In this document: in pieces, positions 48,183 to 57,988 of the stretch
Layout: each line of letters starts with the position of its first letter
Numbering within the stretch: position 1 is the first letter of the stretch
Assembly: GCA_038231815.1 (NCBI GenBank)
Contig: JBBRKQ010000007.1
Coordinates: 1,683-65,682 of the forward strand
From: Phycisphaerales bacterium
Lineage (GTDB): Bacteria; Planctomycetota; Phycisphaerae; Phycisphaerales; UBA1924
DNA length: 64,000 nt
Reading direction: 5' to 3'
Program-made: the position numbers and the translations under genes
The notes under the pieces: generated by a model
What the model saw: only the letters and a program-made list of their open reading frames with translations
What the model was told of the DNA's origin: nothing
The model's database searches: none

Positions 48183-48206
48183 CGGGCAGGGATCATCGCA
48201 ACCACA

Positions 48207-49727
48207 TCACTGACCGTCAGGTTTCGTTGGCGCGGCGGGAGCGGAATGAGTGGCCGGGGCAACAGCCGGAACGGGGTTGGAACCGGGCACGGTTGCAGCG
48301 GCCGGGCCGGAAGGCGCTGCACCACTGGGAACCAAGCCGGGTGCCGGTGCCGGTGCTGGTGCCGGTCGAGCGGTATTGATCTTCGCTGAATATCGGTCCG
48401 CTGCAATCAGCAGCAGCCGCTCATTCATCAGCGCCAGGTCTGTCTTGCTGCCACGCTCAATCAGGCGATTGATGAATCGGCTGGTTTCTTCACCAAACTT
48501 CTTCTCACGAAGTGATGAAGAAATTTCAAGTTGCACCTCGGCAAGGTCTCGCGCCGGGGCATTATCAATGCTCTCCATAAACACCCAGATCAAACGATTG
48601 CCACTCTCAATCGGCCCGGCAAACTCTCCGGCCCGAAGCGCGATGGCCTTTTCATTGACCTTGGGGTCTTCCACCAATTTGGCATCTGGCTTTGAGGAGT
48701 CAAAGGTCTTGCTCGCCAGGAAGCCACCCTCACCCGCATTAAAATCGTTCAGCGTGCGGTCTTTGGCGAGTTCGGCAAACTTCTCTCCAGCCGCAAGCTT
48801 GGCGGCAACATCAGTAGCGCGTGCTGTGAGCTTGGCCACCACCTCCGGCGTCCGTCCGGTTTCCTTCTTGGGTACCCAAATCATGCGCAGCGTGGCGGTT
48901 GGCGCCGGGTTGTAGGTGTCGTAGTTGCGGGCGTACTCGCGCTGCACATCACGCCATGAAATGTTCACGCGTGGCGAGATGTACCTCGACACCAGCGTGC
49001 GGATCAGGATCTTGTCGCGTTCATCGGTTGCCTTCTCCTCCAGCGTCTTGCCTTCTTCGGCCAGCAGCCGCTCATTGGCAAGCTCTTGAGAGCCTTCGGT
49101 CGTCGTCGTCAGGTTCTCGCGGAGCTTTGACACCAAATTCACTAGGCCAGCTCGCTCTTCTTTCGTCAGCGTCGCGCGGGCCTCGGCCAGAAACAGTTCA
49201 TCCTGCAACTGGGTCATCAAAGCGGTTCCCGTGATCCGCTTGGCCTCGGCAACCCACTCCCGTCCGTTTTTAGACGAGGCTGCCTTTGCAGCCAAGTTCT
49301 TATCCAGCGGTTTTAGAAACTCACCCGCAAAGACCGGCTTGCCGTTGATCTGCCCAACCAGCGACTCGACGATGATCGGATCGCCAACCTTCACTGCCTC
49401 GGAACTCACTCGAGCGATCGGTGCCATCGCCACTGCGGCAGTTGGCAGCGTTGCACCCACCATCGCCGGTGTGGCCACCGGCACTGTGCGCACGGACGGC
49501 GCCGGTGCCCGTCCCACCCCTTCGGCATCTAGCGCAGCCGCTGGCGGGGTTACCGCTACGCTGTCGCTACCTTGGCCTGCCCTTTTGAATTCCCCAACCG
49601 TGACCACACCAGCGGCGGGGTCATCCTTCTCCGAGGCGCACGCGGCCAGTGTGCCGCTGACAGCCAGCAGAACCGACACTCGCAGAGCCTGCACGGTAAT
49701 TTGTGTACTCATGAAATCGTGGGCCAT
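48207..49727 (-). CDS. Parvulin-type peptidyl-prolyl isomerase (SurA/PpiD-like), probable lipoprotein
   Basis: The lipobox-like signal is VLLAVSGTLAAC. The rotamase region is LRMIWVPKKE..GEKFAELAKDRTLNDFNAGEGGFL..GEFAGPIESGNRLIWVFMESI. It has a Pro/Ala-rich tail. The start is at 49727 or 49712. Confidence 0.8.
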   Translation of the reverse strand: MAHDFMSTQITVQALRVSVLLAVSGTLAACASEKDDPAAGVVTVGEFKRAGQGSDSVAVTPPAAALDAEGVGRAPAPSVRTVPVATPAMVGATLPTAAVAMAPIARVSSEAVKVGDPIIVESLVGQINGKPVFAGEFLKPLDKNLAAKAASSKNGREWVAEAKRITGTALMTQLQDELFLAEARATLTKEERAGLVNLVSKLRENLTTTTEGSQELANERLLAEEGKTLEEKATDERDKILIRTLVSRYISPRVNISWRDVQREYARNYDTYNPAPTATLRMIWVPKKETGRTPEVVAKLTARATDVAAKLAAGEKFAELAKDRTLNDFNAGEGGFLASKTFDSSKPDAKLVEDPKVNEKAIALRAGEFAGPIESGNRLIWVFMESIDNAPARDLAEVQLEISSSLREKKFGEETSRFINRLIERGSKTDLALMNERLLLIAADRYSAKINTARPAPAPAPAPGLVPSGAAPSGPAAATVPGSNPVPAVAPATHSAPAAPTKPDGQ

Positions 49728-49985
49728 GCTCGCATCCTTGCGCTGAGTCCGAAAACCGGAAAACTTCGGAAGCCGATGCGCCTGCAGCGCAGCGTCACCG
49801 AAACGAGGCAAACCGATGCCTTGAGCGTACGCCGCGGAGTGCAGAAAACCGAATTTGCCCGCAATCAACCCGGAACAGGCAGGGCCGAGCCGGGCCGCGG
49901 TTGTATACTGGTGCCGTTCGAAGCACCAGACTCCCACGCCACCACGCCGGCCAGAACCAAACCGGCCCAATACCGAGACACACCA

Positions 49986-50579
49986 ATGGCCGACGGCCCC
50001 AAACTCATTCTTGACGACGATTGGAAGAAAAAGCCCGAGCAGCCCGCGGCCGCCGCGAGCTCGCCCGGGCCATCCGGCATGCAGGTTGATTCAGACTGGA
50101 AGTCTCAGGCCAGCGCCGAACGCGACCGGCTTGCCGCAGAAGAAGAAAAGAAAAAGGCCGCCGGCGGCGCCGGTGGCCGCCCGGGCCAAGGCCCACAGCA
50201 AATGCCTGCTGCGGAGTTTCTCGAGCTTGTTCGTATGCTCACGACGCAGGCGCTCATGTATCTTGGCGCCTTCCCCGACCCTGAGTCGGGCCGGCCAATC
50301 CTGGCTCCGGAAATGGCAAAGTTCCAGATTGACATGCTGGGCATGTTGGAAGCCAAAACCAAGGGCAACCTGACTCCGGAAGAAAAGGAAGAGCTTGAAG
50401 GCGTCATCCGGGAGCTTCGCTTGCAGTTTGCGCAGGTCATGAAGGCCGTTGAAAAGATGATGGCTGAGCGCGCCGCCAAGGGCTTGCCCTTGACCGGACC
50501 AATCACCATCGGCGGGCCTGCACCTTCCGGCGGGGCCGGCGGAGCCGGACCAGGCCTGAAGTTATCCGGACTTGACTGA
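49986..50579 (+). CDS. DUF1844-domain protein
   Basis: AEFLELVRMLTTQALMYLGAFPDPESGRPILAPEMAKFQIDMLGMLEAKTKGNLTPEEKE. I chose the internal Met (MADGPKLIL) as the start. Confidence 0.8.
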   Translation: MADGPKLILDDDWKKKPEQPAAAASSPGPSGMQVDSDWKSQASAERDRLAAEEEKKKAAGGAGGRPGQGPQQMPAAEFLELVRMLTTQALMYLGAFPDPESGRPILAPEMAKFQIDMLGMLEAKTKGNLTPEEKEELEGVIRELRLQFAQVMKAVEKMMAERAAKGLPLTGPITIGGPAPSGGAGGAGPGLKLSGLD

Positions 50580-50788
50580 CCAGAAGATATGAATCTCAAG
50601 CGATCGTTACCGACGAAACACCTTTTGAATCGGCCTTCACCGTGACCTATTCTCAGAATAACTGCCAAACCGCAATTGATATCTTTCTACGGTAAGACCA
50701 CCCTGTTTTCTCACTCAAATCGCGGTTTCCGTCTCCGTCCAGTTCCACGATACCACTGTTTTAAGATACTCCCGTCAAGGACCATCTC

Positions 50789-51664
50789 GTGACAACCGTC
50801 CAAGCATCAGCCGCCGTGACCGCCCCCGGCTTTTTGGAGAGGCACTCGTTCCTGATTCGAAGGTTGCACTCGCTTTCGGGCATCGTTCCCATCGGGGTGT
50901 TTCTCATTGCCCACCTCACCACGAATTCGTCGATGGCTTGGGGCAAGTTTGGCCTGCGGGGAGAGCACCCCGAACTAGGCGTTCAGGGCGGCGGCGCGTT
51001 TTACTTTCAGAAAGAAGTCGCGTGGATCAACAACGAAGTGCCCCACCTGGCACTCATTGAGATTGTGCTTTGGAGTGCGATCGCATTTCACAGTATCTTC
51101 GGTGTCATGTACGCCATGCAGGGCAAGAACAATCTCTCCCGATACAGCTATCAGGGCAACTGGCGGTACGCTTTGCAGCGGCTGAGCGGGTACATCGGTA
51201 TCTTTTTTATCTTCTACCACATCGCCACCCTGCGCTGGGGTTGGAACTTCCTCGTCCCCGGTGGCACCATCTGGTCGCACAATTTCTCTGTCAGTACACT
51301 GACTATGGCTCTGCGTGGTGGAGATAATTTCACTGCCTGGGGCGTTGCCGTGTCTTTGTTTTACTTCGTAGGCATCACCATGCTGGTCTATCACTTCGCC
51401 AACGGCCTGTGGACCGCCGCGATCACCTGGGGCATCACCATCTCCGCCAAGAGCCAAAAGCGCTGGGGCGTGGTGTGTCTTGCTTTGGGTGCCGGGCTGA
51501 TGCTGGCGGCGTGGTCGTCGCTGTTTGCGGCACTTGCCATTGATCCCGCTGAGTCACGCAAGGTCGAAGAACTTTACCAACAGGGCAAAGCAGGCGCGAT
51601 GACCCAGCCGATGGGCTCCGCAGAAACGGCCTCCGGCGTTCTCGCCCTACATAACGCCCGATAA
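50789..51664 (+). CDS. sdhC: Succinate dehydrogenase / fumarate reductase cytochrome b subunit (b558 family)
   Basis: FLERHSFLIRRLHSLSGIVPIGVFLIAHL, with five predicted TM helices. GTG start. It sits directly upstream of sdhA and sdhB. Confidence 0.88.
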   Translation: MTTVQASAAVTAPGFLERHSFLIRRLHSLSGIVPIGVFLIAHLTTNSSMAWGKFGLRGEHPELGVQGGGAFYFQKEVAWINNEVPHLALIEIVLWSAIAFHSIFGVMYAMQGKNNLSRYSYQGNWRYALQRLSGYIGIFFIFYHIATLRWGWNFLVPGGTIWSHNFSVSTLTMALRGGDNFTAWGVAVSLFYFVGITMLVYHFANGLWTAAITWGITISAKSQKRWGVVCLALGAGLMLAAWSSLFAALAIDPAESRKVEELYQQGKAGAMTQPMGSAETASGVLALHNAR

Positions 51665-51865
51665 CAATTGATTTTCTTGCCTTACAATAATTTTTCCGAT
51701 TTAGCCTGATTCGACGAACGATTTGAACGTTTTATCCGAATAAACTCAGTGCGGCAGTCATTTCGCAACAACCGTTGTCGCAGCACTGAAACCCGATCTG
51801 TTCTGACCGCATCTGATCCCATTGATGGTCTCTGTTGATTTGGACCATCGCACCAGGAGACTTCC

Positions 51866-53890
51866 ATGGCCACCACAGCTTCGACCGACCGGCGAGTCAT
51901 TGTAATCGGAGGTGGCCTTGCCGGCCTCGCCGCGACGGTTCGACTTGCTGAGGCAGGCATTCCGGTGGACTTGTTCTCGATCGTTCCGGTTAAGCGTTCC
52001 CACTCCGTGTGCGCGCAAGGTGGTATCAACGCCTGCAACGAGGTTGCCCGCCAGCAAGGCTACAGCGAGTACGAGCACTTCGATGAAACCGTCTACGGCG
52101 GCGACTTCCTGGCCGATCAGTCACCGGTCCTAGAAATGGCCAACTGGGCGCCCCGGGTGATCGACCTGCTGGACCGCATGGGCGTTCCGTTCAATCGCAC
52201 TGATGAGGGCAACCGCGATTTGCGACTGTTCGGCGGCTCGCTGTTCAAACGCACCCACTTCTCTGGTGCCACCACCGGCCAGCAGCTGATTTATGCTCTG
52301 GATGAGCAAGTCCGCCGGTACGAGTCCGAGGGCTTGGTCAAAAAGTACGAGTTCTGGGAGTTCCTCTGGCCGATTCTTACTGACGGCGAGTCCGCGGAGC
52401 GTTGTGTGGGCATTGTGGCTCAGGACATGCGCACAATGCAAATACGTTCCTTCCGCTCAGAAGCCATGATCATGGCCACCGGCGGCTGCGGACTCGTGTT
52501 CGGCAAGAGCACCAACTCGGTCATGTGCACCGGTGCCGCGGCGGCGCGATGCTTCAAGGCCGGAGTGTTTTATGGCAACCCGGAGATGATTCAGGTTCAC
52601 CCAACTGCGATCCCGGGTGCTGATAAGCTCCGCCTGATGAGTGAATCTGCCCGTGGCGAGGGCGGCCGCATCTGGGTACCGGCGATGAAGAACTCTGACG
52701 GCACGTGGGGCCCACACCCCCGCAGCGGTGATGACCCCAAGACCATTCCGACAAGCGAGCGGTACTACTTCTTGGAAGAAAAGTACCCGGCGTACGGCAA
52801 CATCGTGCCCCGCGATATCGCAACGCGGGAAATCTTTGACATCTGCGTGAACCACGGGATGGGTGTGGCAAATGCCAATCAGGTGTATCTTGACCTGACC
52901 CACCGCGATCCGGATTACCTGACCAAGAAGCTTGAGGGTATTTTGGAGATCTATGAGAAGTTCGTTGGTGATGATCCACGCTTCACGCCGATGCGTATTT
53001 TCCCCGCAGTGCACTACTCGATGGGTGGCCTGTACACCACGTTTACCAAAGGCCGCTACGAGCCCGCAACGCCTTTGGCAAAGCATAAATCAGGCTCGCG
53101 TGCGCCACTGGGCAGTGAAATTGGCCTTGGCATGCACCCGGGTGCCATCAACAACATGATGACCAACATCGAGGGCCTTTACGCCTTCGGTGAAGTGAAC
53201 TTCGCGTATCACGGCGCAAACCGCCTCGGCGCCAACGCACTGCTTTCGTGCATCTTTGACGGTCTGTTCTGCGGTGTCTCGGTCGCCAATTACCTCAGAG
53301 ATGGGATGCCCTCGAAACGACCGAGCAAAGATCTCGCCGCCAGCATCTACGACGGCATGGTCGCGCAGGAAGAGGCCAAGCAGGCCAAACTGCTTTCAAC
53401 GGTGAAGACGGCCGCGACAGCGGAAACAAACCCGTACACCATCGGCAAAGAACTTGGAGATGAGATGACCGCCGCGTGCACAGTGGTGCGCGAAGCGACG
53501 CGCCTGCAGGCGTGCATGGGCAAGCTCAACGAGTTGAAAGACCGTTACTCTCGATTGCACCTTGCCGATGCCGCAGCTTGGACAAACCAGTCGCTGTCAT
53601 ACACCCGCTCAGTAGGTGACATGCTGGCACTGGCGGAGGCCATGGTGCAGGGCGCAACGGCGCGCCGCGAAAGCCGAGGGGCCCACTATCGCTCAGACTT
53701 CACCCAGCGTAACGATGCAGAGTTCATGAAGACCACGCTGACGAAGTACGATGCCGCCACCAACAGTGTTAAGGTTGAGATGATTCCCTTGGATGCATCC
53801 CTGATCGCACCGGCCGTTCGCAACTACGGCAAGAAGGATGAAGGCTCACCCAAAGCGGCGCCACCAAAGCCCGCACTCGTTGGTGTGTAA
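51866..53890 (+). CDS. sdhA: Succinate dehydrogenase / fumarate reductase flavoprotein subunit
   Basis: VIVIGGGLAGLAA is the FAD-binding motif. HSVCAQGGINA contains the covalent-FAD histidine. RESRGAHYRSDF is also present. RBS AGGAG. Confidence 0.95.
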   Translation: MATTASTDRRVIVIGGGLAGLAATVRLAEAGIPVDLFSIVPVKRSHSVCAQGGINACNEVARQQGYSEYEHFDETVYGGDFLADQSPVLEMANWAPRVIDLLDRMGVPFNRTDEGNRDLRLFGGSLFKRTHFSGATTGQQLIYALDEQVRRYESEGLVKKYEFWEFLWPILTDGESAERCVGIVAQDMRTMQIRSFRSEAMIMATGGCGLVFGKSTNSVMCTGAAAARCFKAGVFYGNPEMIQVHPTAIPGADKLRLMSESARGEGGRIWVPAMKNSDGTWGPHPRSGDDPKTIPTSERYYFLEEKYPAYGNIVPRDIATREIFDICVNHGMGVANANQVYLDLTHRDPDYLTKKLEGILEIYEKFVGDDPRFTPMRIFPAVHYSMGGLYTTFTKGRYEPATPLAKHKSGSRAPLGSEIGLGMHPGAINNMMTNIEGLYAFGEVNFAYHGANRLGANALLSCIFDGLFCGVSVANYLRDGMPSKRPSKDLAASIYDGMVAQEEAKQAKLLSTVKTAATAETNPYTIGKELGDEMTAACTVVREATRLQACMGKLNELKDRYSRLHLADAAAWTNQSLSYTRSVGDMLALAEAMVQGATARRESRGAHYRSDFTQRNDAEFMKTTLTKYDAATNSVKVEMIPLDASLIAPAVRNYGKKDEGSPKAAPPKPALVGV

Positions 53891-54000
53891 TTTTTTTCGG
53901 TTCATCCAAGATTTTTCCCCGTCCCACAGTTCGCATCCTTCGCTTTTCAATCTGGCCCTTCGGCAGTTTAATAAGTTTGGTACTTTGGCCCCCCTCTCCC

Positions 54001-54846
54001 ATGAGCACCCACACCAAGAACGATCCAGCAGCCGCCCAGCGCTTGGCCAACCGCAAGTCCGCCGTGGCCAACCGCGCAGTCACGTTTCGAATTAAGCGTT
54101 GCGACGGACCGGGCAAGCCCGAGTACTGGCAGGACTTTAAAGTCCAGGTCCCCAGCAATGCCAATGTGATCTCGTGCCTCCAGCAAATTGCCGCCAACCC
54201 CGTCACGACCGATGGCAAGACCAGCACCCCTGTGGTTTGGGACTCAGGCTGTCTTGAAGAAGTGTGCGGCAGCTGCACCATGGTCATAAACGGCAGTGTC
54301 CGTCAGTCCTGCTCCTGCCTGATTGATGATTACGCCCCACGAGAAGGCGATGTACTCACCCTAGAGCCGATGAGTAAGTTTCCGGTTGTGCGTGACCTCT
54401 GGGTTGACCGCAGCCGCATGTTCCACAACCTCCAGCGCGTCAAGGCCTGGGTGCCCATCGATGGCACATACGCATCCGGTGCAGGCCCCAAGGAGGCTCC
54501 GGAGGAGCAGGAAACCCGGTACGTGCTCTCAACGTGCATGACCTGCGGGTGCTGCCTTGAAGCGTGCCCCCAGTTTAATGTTGAGCCCGAACCGGCGAAT
54601 TGGGACACAGCGTTTGTGGGCGCCCAAGTCATTAGCCAAGCCCGCCTCTTTAACATGCACGCAACCGGCGAGCGGCTGGCCAGTGATCGCCTCGAAGTCA
54701 TGGCCGGCCCCGGCGGCGTGAGCGAGTGCGGCAACAGCCAGAACTGCGTGAAAGTGTGCCCCAAGAACATCCCGCTGACCGAGTCCATCGCGGCCATGGG
54801 TCGTGCGGTGGTGTTCCACAAGATCAAGCAGTTTTTCCGAGGCTAA
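54001..54846 (+). CDS. sdhB: Succinate dehydrogenase / fumarate reductase iron-sulfur subunit
   Basis: Cys clusters CLEEVCGSCTMVINGS, CMTCGCCLEACP and CGNSQNCVKVCP. Confidence 0.92.
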   Translation: MSTHTKNDPAAAQRLANRKSAVANRAVTFRIKRCDGPGKPEYWQDFKVQVPSNANVISCLQQIAANPVTTDGKTSTPVVWDSGCLEEVCGSCTMVINGSVRQSCSCLIDDYAPREGDVLTLEPMSKFPVVRDLWVDRSRMFHNLQRVKAWVPIDGTYASGAGPKEAPEEQETRYVLSTCMTCGCCLEACPQFNVEPEPANWDTAFVGAQVISQARLFNMHATGERLASDRLEVMAGPGGVSECGNSQNCVKVCPKNIPLTESIAAMGRAVVFHKIKQFFRG

Positions 54847-54885
54847 GCGGCAGCACGTCCGGCCTTGCGGCCGTCACCCCGACCG

Positions 54886-55704
54886 CTATGGCAGAGTCCT
54901 CAGCTGCTGCACGAACACGACAGCTGCATGCCCCAGCCGCTCAAGGGCTGGTTTAATTTGCCATACCTGTTTGGCCCGGTCACCAGTGGTGTTGGAAATC
55001 ACGCGAAGTTCAGCAAATCGCGCTACCACGCTATTAGAGTTACTCCGAGCCGTTGCCCTGAGTGCGACGGCATGCCCAACGGCCGCACCCTCCATAGCTT
55101 CGGCGATGGCCCCGGTTCGCAGTGCCACGGCGCTTGCCAGTGCATCCGTGCCAGAGCAGGTGGAAACCGTCGCAACAGGACCGGATCTGGCGGCCCAGTC
55201 GGCGGCCCGCAATCGTGGCAGCAGGGCTGCTCCATCGGCGTCACCTGCAACGCCATCCGCCGTGAACGGCCCCAGCGCAAAGCCCATCTCCCAGCAGTTG
55301 AAAAAGCGTTCGGGGGTTTGTATCCCCTCATCCCCATAGCACGAACGGTTGGCAAGAATCACATCCAACAAGCGTGCGCCGCCACTGGCTACAGGCACTT
55401 CAGGAGCCAGCCCATCCGGTCGCGGCAGCGCCCCGGCAATGCCGATGCTCACCAGCAGCGGGGCTTGAAACCCGGCCGCTCCGGCCGCCTTGGCCTGCCA
55501 ATCATCTAAGATCCGGGTTGCCGCGATGGCGGCGTTGACCTTGCCGACACCGGTGCATGTCAGTCCGACGTTGGGGGCAACCTGAAGGCGGTCAGCCGCA
55601 CCCGCAGGGCCCTGAACGACTGGCTTCTGGCCAAATGCCGCGGCAATCGCCAAAAACTCGGGGTACGCTGCGGCCAATAACTCGATCGAACTGATGTTTT
55701 GCAT
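54886..55704 (-). CDS. mqnB: Futalosine hydrolase-like nucleosidase (PNP/UDP_1 family)
   Basis: GLTCTGVGKVNAAIAATRIL, LLVSIGIAGALP and AIAEAMEGAAVGHA. I kept only the 3' 272 codons of the 495-codon ORF; the rest overlaps the divergent adaptor gene. Confidence 0.75.
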   Translation of the reverse strand: MQNISSIELLAAAYPEFLAIAAAFGQKPVVQGPAGAADRLQVAPNVGLTCTGVGKVNAAIAATRILDDWQAKAAGAAGFQAPLLVSIGIAGALPRPDGLAPEVPVASGGARLLDVILANRSCYGDEGIQTPERFFNCWEMGFALGPFTADGVAGDADGAALLPRLRAADWAARSGPVATVSTCSGTDALASAVALRTGAIAEAMEGAAVGHAVALRATARSNSNSVVARFAELRVISNTTGDRAKQVWQIKPALERLGHAAVVFVQQLRTLP

Positions 55705-55915
55705 CTCATGGCATCGTTGGCGACGAATCGACGGATATGCAGCCCCAGCTCGCTTCTTTGGGCCAGAAAGTCTGCAACTTGTTCGGTCCGGACCCTTACG
55801 ATAGAAGTAGGCAAAAACGGTGATTTCACCGGTTTGCCGCGATCTGGGGGCCAAGCTGGCTTGGCTTCGGTCGCAATGCAGGATGTCTCGGTTCGCGGTC
55901 GCCGCGGAAAGTTTT

Positions 55916-57814
55916 ATGAACACAGAATCAGTACAAAACAAGCGGATCCTTCGCCGACCGGCGATCACCGCCATCTCTCTGGTGGCCTGCGGCGGCCTGT
56001 GCATCGCGCTCGTCGGCATGAGCATGGGCGCGGGTGCGCCCAAGGCGCCAGCCTCACAACCGGCTGCCGCACCGGTGGCCAACCCAAACAACCGGCCCCT
56101 AAGCCCGGAGGAGATCGACCTCGCGGCGGCGAGCCTGCAGAGCTTTGATGTGACCACCTCGGCAACGGGCGAACTTGAGGCTCGCAAGCAGATCGACATC
56201 CGCAACCAGCTTGAGCAGCCGACAACGATCGTGGAAATTGTCAAGGAGGGTGTGCAGGTCAAGGCCGGAGATATTCTGGTCAAGCTCAACAGCGACAGCA
56301 TCCAGACACAGGTGGATGAAGACTCGCTGAAAGTTGAGTCATCCCGTGCTGAGCTTGTAGTTGCCGAGAACAACTACACGATTCAGGAGACGCAGAACGC
56401 CAGTGATTTGCGCAAGTGCCAGCTTGATATTGATGTTGCGGAGCTAGAGCTGCGCAAGTGGCAGGAGGGCGAGGTCAAGAGCAAGAAGCAGGCCAATCAG
56501 CTGGCGCTCGAGAAGGCGACCCGCGAACTTGAACGGCTCAAAGAAAAATACGAACGCTCGATCGAGCTAGAGAAGAAGGGCTTTCTGGCTCGCGACGAGC
56601 TCAAACGAGATGAGGTCGCGTATCTCGAAGCTCAGGCGGCAATGAAGACGGCTGAACTGAACATCGTGGTATACGACCAGTTCGAGTTCATCAGAGACGA
56701 AAAAGTCAAAAGCTCAACCGTTGCGCAAGCCAAAGCCGAATTGAGCAAGGTCATCCAGAAAGCCAACAGCGAATTGGCCAAGGCGGATGCCGACCGCAAG
56801 AACAAACGCGAGCAGATGCGACTGCGTCAGCAAAAGCTGGACAAACTGCGTGAACAGGTCGAGCTGGCAACCCTGCGTGCACCATCAGACGGCCTTGTGG
56901 TCTATGCCACTAGCCTCAATCGTGACCGCTGGGGCAACAACTCCGACGGTGCGATGGACATCGGGCGGCAGGTGAAGCGTAACGAGCAGCTTATTGTGCT
57001 GCCCGACACCTCCGAAATGGTCGCATCCGTACGCGTGCACGAATCCATGACCGGCCGCATGCGGCCCGGACAGCAGGCAACAATCAAGGTCGATGCCCTT
57101 GGCGGACGCTCAATCCCCGGCACCGTCGATTCCATAGGTGTCATCGCCGAATCCGGCGGCTGGCGAGATCCCAACCTTCGCGAGTACACCGTCAAGGTGC
57201 GCCTCGACCTCACAGGCATTGAAGTACCGCTGAAACCATCGATGCGAGCCGAGGCCTCAATCTTGCTCGACAAGGTGGAGCAGGCACTGACCATTCCAAT
57301 TCAGGCCGTGTTCTCAGAGGGTCTGGTGAGGTACGTGCTCATCCCTGGCAAGAACGGCCGGTTTGAAAAACATCCCGTCAAAGTTGGCCGCCGGTCAGAC
57401 CGCTTTGCGGAAATCACCGTCGGTATTGCCGAAGGCGACCGGGTGCTGATCCGCGATGCCCAGCCCAGTGAAATCATCGACCAACCTTGGAACAAGAAGG
57501 AACTCGCCGCTGTTGGTCTAAACGTACTACCCGATGGCCGGATCATGCCCACAGGCGGACCCGGCGGCGGGCCCGGCGGCGGACGCCCGCCTGCAACAAT
57601 GCAGGGTGCACCCGCCGGACCCGGCACCACGGCGGCAGGACCGACAGCAGCTTCCCCAGCTGGCTCCCCAGCAGGACCTGCAGCCGCACCCCGGGGCAGA
57701 CCCACCGGCACAGCAGAGCCGACCGGTCCGGTCTCAGCAATCCCAGCAACCGAACCCAAGGTTTCACCAGTTGCAGTACCAGCGGCGACACCAGCGGCCG
57801 GTGCGGGCAAGTAA
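55916..57814 (+). CDS. HlyD/MacA-type efflux periplasmic adaptor subunit with a Pro/Gly/Ala-rich tail
   Basis: The N-terminal TM is ITAISLVACGGLCIALVG. The lipoyl-like region is IVEIVKEGVQVKAGDILVKL. A long coiled coil follows, then LRAPSDGLVVYA. The start is at 55916 or 55883. Confidence 0.85.
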   Translation: MNTESVQNKRILRRPAITAISLVACGGLCIALVGMSMGAGAPKAPASQPAAAPVANPNNRPLSPEEIDLAAASLQSFDVTTSATGELEARKQIDIRNQLEQPTTIVEIVKEGVQVKAGDILVKLNSDSIQTQVDEDSLKVESSRAELVVAENNYTIQETQNASDLRKCQLDIDVAELELRKWQEGEVKSKKQANQLALEKATRELERLKEKYERSIELEKKGFLARDELKRDEVAYLEAQAAMKTAELNIVVYDQFEFIRDEKVKSSTVAQAKAELSKVIQKANSELAKADADRKNKREQMRLRQQKLDKLREQVELATLRAPSDGLVVYATSLNRDRWGNNSDGAMDIGRQVKRNEQLIVLPDTSEMVASVRVHESMTGRMRPGQQATIKVDALGGRSIPGTVDSIGVIAESGGWRDPNLREYTVKVRLDLTGIEVPLKPSMRAEASILLDKVEQALTIPIQAVFSEGLVRYVLIPGKNGRFEKHPVKVGRRSDRFAEITVGIAEGDRVLIRDAQPSEIIDQPWNKKELAAVGLNVLPDGRIMPTGGPGGGPGGGRPPATMQGAPAGPGTTAAGPTAASPAGSPAGPAAAPRGRPTGTAEPTGPVSAIPATEPKVSPVAVPAATPAAGAGK

Positions 57815-57988
57815 CCTGCGCCAACTCCAAGCAACGCAGTGCCGGGACTGTTGCGGGCCGACATTTGCGCCGCACCACCGACGCCGATTCTCAGAACGTG
57901 CTTTTCGAGTCATGAATAGTATTTGAGGCTGAGATGTCAACTCAGGATCGAGCTATTCATGTCCGATTGCTAATCTCTGGGGCGTGCC

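Noticed and set aside
54886-56373. A 495-codon minus-strand ORF treated as one gene
   Set aside because: Only the 3' 272 codons (from MQNISSIELL) look like a nucleosidase. The 5' part is low-complexity and lies antisense to the well-supported HlyD-type adaptor gene.
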